Assembly (NCBI GenBank): GCA_028287725.1
Contig: JAQBPC010000392.1
Location: 1-28,375 of the forward strand
DNA: 28,375 bases
Reading direction: 5' to 3'
Origin: Chloroflexota bacterium
GTDB lineage: Bacteria > Chloroflexota > UBA5177 > JANWHV01
Shown: in pieces, positions 10,051 to 17,493 of the stretch
Position numbering within the stretch: the first letter of the stretch is position 1
Layout of the letters: each line of letters starts with the position of its first letter
Notes under the pieces: model-generated
The model's database searches: none
What the model saw: the letters and a program-made list of their open reading frames with translations, nothing else
What the model was told of the DNA's origin: nothing
Position numbers and translations under genes: made by a program

Positions 10051-10377
10051 TTATCGATTCCATTTCCCGCGTCTGCCGCCTATGCCGCGCCGCACGCGCT
10101 GGCTCCACGGCGAAAAGGCGACACAGCAGACCAGGAACAGCAGCCCGAAACCCATCGCGGCAATGATTCCCATAGCGCCGCCAATAGCGAGGCATGCAGC
10201 AGCACATGCCAGCATCCCGAGCGTCATCACTCCCTGGGCGATCCGCTGCCGCTTCCGAAGCTGAGCGAGCCGCAGGTTGTGCTGCCTGATCGGGTGCAGC
10301 TTCTTCACCGGCAGGGGAAAGGGAGCGGGGGCACCCGCCACGCGATTCGCCCCAATGTCAGGTAATCGCGAGTCCAT
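10051..10377 (-). CDS. Small hypothetical membrane protein (about 2 TM helices)
   Basis: MDSRL...basic stretch...GVMTLGMLACAAACLAIGGAMGIIAAMGFGLLFLVCCVAF then a basic tail. Same strand as both neighbours. No clear RBS; start uncertain. Confidence 0.45.
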   Translation of the reverse strand: MDSRLPDIGANRVAGAPAPFPLPVKKLHPIRQHNLRLAQLRKRQRIAQGVMTLGMLACAAACLAIGGAMGIIAAMGFGLLFLVCCVAFSPWSQRVRRGIGGRRGKWNR

Positions 10378-10542
10378 GTTCGCGGCCGTGGTGGAGTGCC
10401 TGTCTCGCTCCTGAACCGCCTCTGGTGGCTCACCGCCCATGCGTTCCCTCCCGAGCACACTCCGGCAACGCCAGCGGTAGCGTATCATGCGGGCGCCCTA
10501 TCCGCGACATCTCGTCGCGGCAACGCCAAGGCAGCCAGGGCG

Positions 10543-13500
10543 CTATGACTGGAGCGAGGCTGCAACTTCCTCAAGTCGACGCAGGAACTGACGATCTTCC
10601 AGGCGCTCAAGCACCGGTCGCGCTTGCTCCAGCGGAGCCGAGTCACCGGCCATCGCGGCGAGGACAATCCGCATGCGAGCGGCATGCGGAACAAAGCCAT
10701 GCGCCTCCAACCGGTCGATGGCCTGGGCAAGCTGAGCGGGATCCTTCGTGCTGAGCGCCCGGCTCGCCTGAACAGCCTGGTCTATCGGGGCCACGTTACC
10801 AGTCAGTGCGGACGTCACGTTTTGGAGGACGCGCTTCGGAAGAGCCATGCCGCGCTCGCTCAGAAACATGAATGCGAGCGCCCTGTGTGGGCTGGTGAGG
10901 TTCCGGTGCCAGAAGTCACCCTCTGGATCGAGGTCGAGCCTACCAGGATCATCCGCGAGGTATGCGCTAAGCAGTGGGCGTAGATAGGCTCGCGGCTCGA
11001 CGGACAGGAGTCGCTCTACAACCGCCGAGGCCATGTCAATCCCGGCGCGGTCTTGCCGCGCGACGGCCACGTGCAAGGCAGAGAAGAATCCGCCCAATAG
11101 GAAGCCGGCGCCGGGGTCCCGGCGCAGCTCGTCCCAAGCCTCATGCAGTGCGCCTTCCAGCCGCCCAAGATTGTCCCACCGTCCGGCAAGGCAGGCAGCC
11201 AGGGCGGCAAACGACACGCCGTTCGAAAATGTTATTCGGGGTTCTCCGGGACGGAGTTCCGCCAGCGTCCGTTCCATCACGTCGATGCTACGACCATATT
11301 CCCCACAGTTGACGAGACTATTGACCAACATGTTTAATGCATCACCGCGCTCCAGGAGACTCGACCCCGGCGCGGAAAGGCGGCGGCCGGCGGCTGCCAC
11401 CGCCTCACCGTGATCGCCCTCCAATTGCACGATCGACGTGTATCCGTCCAGAGCAGCATGGAACATGTTCCACTCCTGGCGGCCCTCATAGTGCAAGGCC
11501 GCTGCCTGGCCGATTTCCCTTCCCTCGGCTACTTCCTCCGTGGTTATGTTGCCGCGCCAGAATGGCCAATACAGGTCGGCGACTTTCAACCGCCAGAGCT
11601 CGTCCTCATCGCCCGCGGCTTCGGCGAGGCGCCGTGCTTCGGTTCGCATGTCCACGAGCTCCAGCTCACTTGGGCGATTGGTTACGGAACCCTGCCAGCG
11701 CATGTAGATGATGAGCAGCTTTCGTATAAGCCGGGCGCCGCCTAGCGGATCCAGTTCTCCGGTTGCTCGCCACAGATCCAGTGCCTGTCGATAGGCCTCG
11801 GTCGAGCCGTCGCCGAAGCCGACAGAGTCGCCGAGCTTTTCGAAGAGCCTTGAACGTTCCTCCGGCTGGGCAATCTCGATGGCGCTCAATAAATGGTCTC
11901 GGGCCTCGGCATACGCCCCGGCGGAGCTGGCCAGTTCTCCAGCGCGCTCCAGAAAGTAGACAGCTCGAGCAGGATCGATGGGCAGCGGGGTGGGCACCGC
12001 CGACCGCCGGCCGAGCAGCACCGCCTCCCTGTAGTGATGTGCGATGAGCTCGGCGTATTCGTCGAGTCGATCGCCGGCCTGTTGCTCCAACCAGGAGGCA
12101 ACGGCCGCATGAATCCGGATACGCTCGGGGCGTGAGAGCGTGCCATAGGCCACATCACGGATGAGCACATGCCGGAATGCGTAGGTATCGCCTTCCTCGG
12201 CCACGGTAAGATCTCGCGCCGCCAGTCCCTCACTTGCCGCGCGGATTTCAGCCGGGCCTACATCTTCCAAGATTGCCGCAAGCGTCGCAGGGCGAAAGGC
12301 GCGGCCCACCACCGACGCCGCTCGTATGACGCGGCGCTCGACCGGCGACAGTGCATCGAGCCGGGCAAGCACGGCAGCGTGGACGGTATCCGGCATCACG
12401 TCCGCACCGGGCTCGCCGGCGTTGGTTGACCGTTCTGCCAGGCTCCGCACCAGTTCCGTGGCAAAGAACGGGTTACCGCTCGATCGCTCCACAATGCGCT
12501 GCCGTGCCGTCTCGCCCAAATGCGCCCCCAGGTGTCCGACTAATTCCGAGGTCTGGAGCTCGCTCAGCGGCTTGAGGGCCAGCGCCGCAAAATTCTCTCG
12601 CCACCCGCCGCCCCAGCTCGGCCGGCGATCAAGCAGCTCGGGCCGGCTGATGGCAATGAGGAGCAAAGGAGCCTGGGTGCGCGGGTGCAGAACGTGTTCG
12701 ACCAGATCGAGCAGACTGTCGCTGGCCCAATGGAGATCCTCAAAAACGACGATGCGCGGCGCTTCTCTGGCCAGCGTCTCGACCAAGAGTCGCCAGGCGT
12801 TGAATATGCTCTCGCGCTCGGTTAGCCCTTCACTCCTGATGCCGAGCGGCGCCAGAACCAGATCCGCCAGCCGAGCAGCGTCCTCATGGCCGTGTCCTCC
12901 CGCAAGGAGCCGAGCGACGACCAAATCCCGATCAGTGCCGCCAACCAAGTCCTCGAGCAAGCCACGGAGCGGCCAATAGGCGAGGGTCTGTCCGTAGGGC
13001 ACGCAGCGGCCGGTCGCCACTTGCCAATCCGCAGCACCATCGCGTCTCGCAAGAAACTCCTCCAGTAGCCGGGTCTTGCCGATTCCCGCGGGCGCCACGA
13101 GTGACACGAGCTGTGGTCGGCGCTCCTCCAACGCCCACGACTGCATCAGCAAGAGCTGGGCCAATTCTCGCGTCCGTCCCACGAACGGTGGTCGCTCAGC
13201 ATGCCGGATGGGTCGCATGCCAATCACGGGGAAGACGGGCAGCGGATCCCGTTTGCCCTTGACGACAACGTCACGCCTCTCCTCAAAAAGGAAGGCAGCT
13301 GCGGTCGCGACATGCGTGCGCTCGCTGGTGAGAATCTCGCTTGGACTGGCACACTGCTGTAACCGGGCCGCCACGTTGACCGCATCGCCGGTCACCAGGA
13401 AATCTCCGCTGGACGGATCGCTCACCGCGACTACCTCGCCGGTGTTGACCCCAATCCGTAGTGCCATCTGCGTGAGTACCGAGTCGTCCGCCACCGCTTT

Positions 13501-13773
13501 CCGTAGGGCAAAGGCGGCAGCGACCGCCCGCTCGGCGTCGTCCCCATGTGCGTGCGGCAGGCCGAAGACCGCCATGACGGCATCGCCGATGAACTTCTCC
13601 AGTGTGCCGCTGTGATCCGAGATAATCTGACGAGCGTGATCGTAGTATCGGCCCATCAGTGCGCGAACATCCTCAGGGTCGAGCTCCTCGCCCAGTGCCG
13701 TTGAGCCGGTGACGTCGGCAAAAAGGACCGTCACGAGTTTCCGCTCTTCAGGCACGGCGTCTCCTGCTGTCAC
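10543..13773 (-). CDS. Class III adenylate/guanylate cyclase (single domain) fused to STAND-type NTPase and helical/TPR-like repeats
   Basis: VLFADVTGST, LEKFIGDAVMAVFG, GDAVNVAARL; Walker A APAGIGKTRL; Walker B IVVFEDLHW. GTG at 13755, preceded by AGGAG, may be the true start. Confidence 0.92.
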   Translation of the reverse strand: MTAGDAVPEERKLVTVLFADVTGSTALGEELDPEDVRALMGRYYDHARQIISDHSGTLEKFIGDAVMAVFGLPHAHGDDAERAVAAAFALRKAVADDSVLTQMALRIGVNTGEVVAVSDPSSGDFLVTGDAVNVAARLQQCASPSEILTSERTHVATAAAFLFEERRDVVVKGKRDPLPVFPVIGMRPIRHAERPPFVGRTRELAQLLLMQSWALEERRPQLVSLVAPAGIGKTRLLEEFLARRDGAADWQVATGRCVPYGQTLAYWPLRGLLEDLVGGTDRDLVVARLLAGGHGHEDAARLADLVLAPLGIRSEGLTERESIFNAWRLLVETLAREAPRIVVFEDLHWASDSLLDLVEHVLHPRTQAPLLLIAISRPELLDRRPSWGGGWRENFAALALKPLSELQTSELVGHLGAHLGETARQRIVERSSGNPFFATELVRSLAERSTNAGEPGADVMPDTVHAAVLARLDALSPVERRVIRAASVVGRAFRPATLAAILEDVGPAEIRAASEGLAARDLTVAEEGDTYAFRHVLIRDVAYGTLSRPERIRIHAAVASWLEQQAGDRLDEYAELIAHHYREAVLLGRRSAVPTPLPIDPARAVYFLERAGELASSAGAYAEARDHLLSAIEIAQPEERSRLFEKLGDSVGFGDGSTEAYRQALDLWRATGELDPLGGARLIRKLLIIYMRWQGSVTNRPSELELVDMRTEARRLAEAAGDEDELWRLKVADLYWPFWRGNITTEEVAEGREIGQAAALHYEGRQEWNMFHAALDGYTSIVQLEGDHGEAVAAAGRRLSAPGSSLLERGDALNMLVNSLVNCGEYGRSIDVMERTLAELRPGEPRITFSNGVSFAALAACLAGRWDNLGRLEGALHEAWDELRRDPGAGFLLGGFFSALHVAVARQDRAGIDMASAVVERLLSVEPRAYLRPLLSAYLADDPGRLDLDPEGDFWHRNLTSPHRALAFMFLSERGMALPKRVLQNVTSALTGNVAPIDQAVQASRALSTKDPAQLAQAIDRLEAHGFVPHAARMRIVLAAMAGDSAPLEQARPVLERLEDRQFLRRLEEVAASLQS

Positions 13774-13967
13774 ATGAGGCTGGTGCTAGGTTAAGGGTTC
13801 CGGGTGTTCCTTACATTTCCGGAAACGTACGTGCGGCACGTCTCCTGGCACTCTCAGGGCGATCGAGAATTGGGGCGGGTCCTGATCGTGCCGCGTCGGA
13901 AGTATCCGGAAGCCCGCGGGACATCCCTAGATTACGCTGGCCACCATCGAGTTGCAAGGAGGCGCGA

Positions 13968-14045
13968 ATGCCAATCCATACAACGCAAACGTTGGCCTCG
14001 GGAAAAACAACAGTTAAACATGAGTGCGCTGCTTGCGATAGCTGA
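13968..14045 (+). CDS. Possible 25-aa small ORF (MPIHTTQTLASGKTTVKHECAACDS)
   Basis: AAGGAGG at 13956-13962, 5 nt before the ATG; CxxC near the C-terminus. Codon usage is atypical (many A/T third positions). Confidence 0.3.
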   Translation: MPIHTTQTLASGKTTVKHECAACDS

Positions 14046-14078
14046 GTATGGATCAGGCCGACGCACGCTCGGCGACGG

Positions 14079-14122
14079 CGGCAGCGAAGACGGCGTGGCT
14101 GGGCTCGCCGTCTTCGCTGCCG
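14079..14122. terminator. Perfect 17-bp inverted repeat (hairpin)
   Basis: CGGCAGCGAAGACGGCG (14079-14095) / CGCCGTCTTCGCTGCCG (14106-14122), 10-nt loop, no U-tract. Confidence 0.55.
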
Positions 14123-14181
14123 ACCATAGTGCTGGTGGCACGACATCAGGCCGTGAACGACGGGCGCTCCCGGTGCACGTC

Positions 14182-14209
14182 TTGACACATGTGTGTGCCC
14201 AGCTATACT
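14182..14209 (+). promoter_or_regulatory. sigma70-type promoter for hcp
   Basis: TTGACA (14182-14187), 16-nt spacer, TATACT (14204-14209). Confidence 0.75.
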
Positions 14210-14224
14210 AGTCCGATGGGATAA

Positions 14225-14369
14225 GGCACCCCTGAGCGCGCGTGGCGCGCTCCAGCAAAACGGTCGCACCCTGGAGGCACCTCTGGGTGCGCGTGGCGCG
14301 CTTACGGCAAGCGCGATGCGTCCGATCGCCGGTCCCGCTCCGGCGAAGAGATCGACGCCGGCAACGGCG
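14225..14369 (+). ncRNA. Candidate structured 5' leader of hcp (tandem repeated hairpins, GCAA tetraloop hairpin)
   Basis: 27-nt direct repeat at 14225-14251 and 14276-14302 (3 mismatches), each copy folding into a hairpin. CGCCG-GCAA-CGGCG at 14356-14369. No known riboswitch recognised. Confidence 0.4.
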
Positions 14370-14393
14370 AACACCCAGTGAAGGAGTATCCTC

Positions 14394-14945
14394 GTGGCAG
14401 CAGACTACTTTCTCCAATTCTCCAATCCGATAGGAGGCCCGGCCACTAAGATCCCGGCCGGGGAGTCAAAAGACGCAGCGCACGTCGGCTGGGTTGGGAT
14501 TTCTGATTTTTCGTTCGGAGAGACGAATCCGATAACTATAGGTTCGTCGTCTGGAGGCGCGGGCGCCGGAAAGGTCAAGTTCAACGAGTTTCAAATCACC
14601 AAAAGTGTCGACTCAACATCGCCCGCCCTATTTCAGCTGGCTGCCGCGGGTGCGCATATGCCGACTGTAGTGCTGGCGATCCGAAAGGCGGCCGGTGCTA
14701 CGGTTAGCCCAGCTGATTATCTGAAGTTTGAGTTCCACTTGGTGTTCGTGTCGAGCATCGCCTGGAGCGGCGGAGGAGGGGAGGCTCCGGTCGAGTCGGT
14801 TACGTTCGCCTATGGATCACTTGGCATGGCCTACCACACGCAGAGCAGTACCGGTGCACTCTCGGCGAGCCCATTGGTGGGGACATGGAGTCAGATAACC
14901 AACACGGCAACCGACCCGACCATTCCCTTTACGCACCTCACGTAG
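14394..14945 (+). CDS. hcp: Type VI secretion tube protein Hcp family (orphan)
   Basis: DYFL...GESKDAAHVGWV..SDFSFG...GGAGAGKVKF.EFQITKSVDSTSPALF...GAH...YLKFEFHLVFVSS...ESVTFAYG. AAGGAG at 14381-14386 before the GTG. Confidence 0.93.
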   Translation: MAADYFLQFSNPIGGPATKIPAGESKDAAHVGWVGISDFSFGETNPITIGSSSGGAGAGKVKFNEFQITKSVDSTSPALFQLAAAGAHMPTVVLAIRKAAGATVSPADYLKFEFHLVFVSSIAWSGGGGEAPVESVTFAYGSLGMAYHTQSSTGALSASPLVGTWSQITNTATDPTIPFTHLT

Positions 14946-14963
14946 CCCGGCTGGAGTACGACG

Positions 14964-15482
14964 ATGAGCAACCTGGAGCAGACAGTTGAGGCTCTGCGGC
15001 GCCGAGTCGAGTCACTAGAGGCAGAAAAGGCGGAGGCTGCACGCCCTGCCAGGGACCGGCTTTCCCCAGATCAGGGGGCTAGCCGGCGACAGATGCTGGT
15101 GGGCAGCGTCGGCGTGTTGGGAGCACTCGCCGGCGGCGCGCTGCTCGGCGGCATCGAGCCCGCCATGGCAGCATCCGCGGCGCCACAAGCCGCCGTGCAG
15201 AAGCACGAAATCTTGCAGATTGCATTGACACCGCTGAGAAGTAACGGCGTGCACTGGGCACGACACGAGTGGCACCTGGGCCCTCAATTCGCGGGAGTGC
15301 ATCTGCCTGCGGTCATTGCCACGGCAGCGGACGACTACATGGACCACGATGTCACTTCGACGTGCAGCTGTAGTGTCTTCGTGCAGGGCAAGCCGGGCGC
15401 CTACCATGCCGTGATCATGGTGCGCGGCATCCATGCACGTGCCGCCATCGTGCAAGTTCACGCCATAGCAGTCGCCGGCTGA
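14964..15482 (+). CDS. Hypothetical protein: N-terminal coiled coil, twin-arginine signal-like segment, His-rich putative lectin/fibre-tip beta domain
   Basis: Heptad L4-V8-L11-V15-L18; SRRQML at aa 40-45 followed by a hydrophobic stretch and AMA-A; GGAG RBS; starts 18 nt after the hcp stop. Confidence 0.8.
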   Translation: MSNLEQTVEALRRRVESLEAEKAEAARPARDRLSPDQGASRRQMLVGSVGVLGALAGGALLGGIEPAMAASAAPQAAVQKHEILQIALTPLRSNGVHWARHEWHLGPQFAGVHLPAVIATAADDYMDHDVTSTCSCSVFVQGKPGAYHAVIMVRGIHARAAIVQVHAIAVAG

Positions 15483-15559
15483 AGCTCACAACTCGCCGGC
15501 GACTGGGCTGATTGGCCGCCGGCCCAACGCTCAGCCTGACTGGAAGACAAGACCACGTC

Positions 15560-15693
15560 ACGCTTAACGATGCGCGACAAGCGCCTGCTCCGTTGAGGGG
15601 CTGTCCGCCAAGCGTAGGACAAAGCGGTGCAGGGTATATATTGGCCACGGGTAGCAACGTCTATTCCGTGGCCACCATGGCCTAAGGAAATCT
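15560..15693. repeat. Dispersed ~134-bp element, copy A
   Basis: Manual alignment to 26733-26865 gives 103/134 identities with one 1-nt indel. Shared blocks: CTGCTCCGTTG, GTCCGCCAAGCG, TTGGCCACGG, TGGCCACC. Confidence 0.85.
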
Positions 15694-16019
15694 GTACGGA
15701 CGTTCTGCGACTCCTAGCGGTTAGTGGCCACGATGCGGAACGGTTCTTGGCCACGTGCGGTGGTCGACTTCTCTGGATGCCAACACTACTTGAGATCAGG
15801 TGGACCTTTCCAAACCAGCATTTCCTGCCCACAGAGGCAAAAGCAGGCTTCCAGACAGCCACGGTGACAGCGTGATGTGCGAAGAGTCGCCCTGTTCGTG
15901 GCTGCATGGTAATGCGAATCCATGCATAGGCATTTGCTGAGAACAGCCGAGCTACGAGGGGCCGCTTAGCCCCCGTCGTGGCACTGAAGCGACCTCGTCC
16001 GTAATACTTGCGCCGCTAT

Positions 16020-16047
16020 CTCGATTGTTTCGCCTACAACAATCGAG
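16020..16047. repeat. Perfect 10-bp inverted repeat
   Basis: CTCGATTGTT (16020-16029) / AACAATCGAG (16038-16047), 8-nt spacer. Confidence 0.6.
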
Positions 16048-16223
16048 CGCTGCTCGCAGCACGTTGGCGCAGGACTGGTCGGGCTCATACAAGGAGGCCA
16101 GGTCGCGAAGCCGTGGTCTAACTGGACCAAGCCGATGCCTGGGCAAAGGGCATGTGGTGGCCAGCGCAAGCTTGGCGGAAGAGGGTTTGCGTCGATCAGG
16201 AAGTGCGCTGGTACATCCGAGGA

Positions 16224-16414
16224 TCAGCCGCCACCCCGGCATGCGTACAGCCCAAGGACGTACCCATGGCTCATGGCCGACTCCAGGCTGTCGACCTCCC
16301 AGACCTTACTGCGGCGGGAGACGGGGCCAACGGTGAACCAGAGCAGATCGCCCTTGCGATCGACGCTGACCAGAGCACGGGTACATCGTTCAGCCAGATG
16401 GTCAGGAATTCCAT
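16224..16414 (-). pseudogene. Small hypothetical gene with an apparent 1-nt frameshift near 16370
   Basis: MEFLTIWLNDVPVLW (from ATG 16414) has G/C-ending codons. The coding-like bias then moves to the frame VSVDRKGDLLWFTVGP...GGG*. Restoring one G (CTC TGG GTC) joins the two. Confidence 0.4.
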
Positions 16415-16465
16415 GGTTCGCGATGCTATGGCGATGCCGAGACACAACGCGCCGTGCCTCGCTCC

Positions 16466-16876
16466 TCAGTCAAATTGTCGTCCGTAGCTACCAGGATATG
16501 GCGCTTCCGCACTGTGTAGGCACTGCTCCACGGCAGCATAAGGTTCGTTCAGCTCGAAGGGCTATTGCAGGAACCCATCTGCTGGCAGTCCGCCTCCGAC
16601 TGTCAGATCGACGCCAACCTGCGCCGAGCAGACGATGACCTGGGCATGATGGCCATCTCGGCGTGAATAGCTGTCCAGAAATGTTCGACCGTCCATTCTC
16701 GGCATCTGCAGATCAAGCACGATAATGTCGAAGGTACTCGCGACCGCACGATCCAGGGCTGTGCACCCGTCGACCGCTTCCTCCACATGGAAGCCCGCCT
16801 CGGTGAGCGCGACGGTCAGGAGACAGCGGACCGTGGGGTCGTCGTCGACAACCAGGATGCGTCTGGCTTCGCTCAT
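16466..16876 (-). pseudogene. CheY-like response regulator receiver with an in-frame TAG at the conserved Lys
   Basis: RILVVDDD...IIVLDLQMPRMDG...VIVCSA...DGFLQ*PFELNE. The TAG at 16562-16564 sits where K of the KPF motif belongs; the frame continues to TGA at 16466. The frame is also open upstream to ATG 17221, so the start is uncertain. Confidence 0.85.
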
Positions 16877-17493
16877 GCTGCCCTCGGGTGCTGTTCTTGA
16901 CCCTTCACGCGTCGCAGCAATTCGCACATGGCGGCTCCACCATGGGTGGCCTGCGCGTTGCACCGCGCGACCTGGCCATCTGTCATACACTCCGCATAAG
17001 GGCGACCCAAGGACCAGAAGGGCAGCGCGATCGGCACCGGTGGGCTCGGCCACGAGCACTCGGTGGATGGTGAACGCCACGCACATCGGCCAGGAAACGT
17101 CGCGATCGATCTCGGCGAGGCGCAAGCACGTCTGCTCGCCGGCCCGAAGGAAGGTTTTCAGCGATGCCAAGCGTGCCGTTGGCAAGGTCCCCCGTGCAAC
17201 CGTGATCGTTCCCGCAGACATACGCTCTCGCTCTGGAAGGTCAACGCGTTGTCGCCCATCTCAGAGCGCTGCAAGACATCCATGATGTACTCCCATTTGT
17301 TCGCAGTTCCAGGCGGGTCAGGGTTGGTGCCAATGGCAATGCAGCGCAACGCGACGAGCAGACGACGGTTTCACGCGGCTTCCGCCGTCGCATCCTTCCC
17401 ATGACCACGTACGGCCACGCTTGACGCAATCTCCATATGCCGGTGATAGCCCGGCACCGCCGCGGCTCAACTCGAGAATCCTGCTTCACCCAC

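Noticed and set aside
10030-13945. Isolated TGGCCAC hits at about 10030 and 13938
   Set aside because: Single hits of a 7-8-mer are expected by chance in GC-rich DNA of this length.
14304-14308. ACGG loop suggesting a guanidine-II (mini-ykkC) riboswitch
   Set aside because: Only one such loop, 5 nt rather than an ACGR tetraloop, and the downstream gene is unrelated.
13804-14381. Several 60-190 aa track ORFs between the cyclase gene and hcp
   Set aside because: They overlap a clear promoter, hairpins and leader, and have no protein-like features.
15641-15656. sigma54 promoter reading of TTGGCCACGGGTAGCA
   Set aside because: GG-to-GC spacing is 9, not the required 10, and the GC is not kept in copy B.
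15865-15878. TGACAGCG half-match to the LacI operator
   Set aside because: The second half-site is absent and the site is not near a promoter of the regulon.
16562-16564. Amber recoding (TAG as Lys or pyrrolysine), suggested by TAG at the receiver Lys and by AAG/TAG aligned in the dispersed repeat
   Set aside because: TAG is the natural stop of intact genes here (3401-3403 after the PxKF domain, 14943-14945 for hcp), and no pyl genes are visible.
16877-17221. N-terminal extension of the receiver ORF given by the track (219 aa)
   Set aside because: No recognisable domain, and an internal ATG with GAGGG precedes the receiver. It may be a separate or fused hypothetical, but I cannot support it.
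17158-17436. Possible minus-strand gene with an in-frame TGA at 17371-17373 (MEIASS...EAA*NRRLLVALRCIAIG...)
   Set aside because: No recognisable family or RBS; cannot be distinguished from chance open frames in GC-rich DNA.
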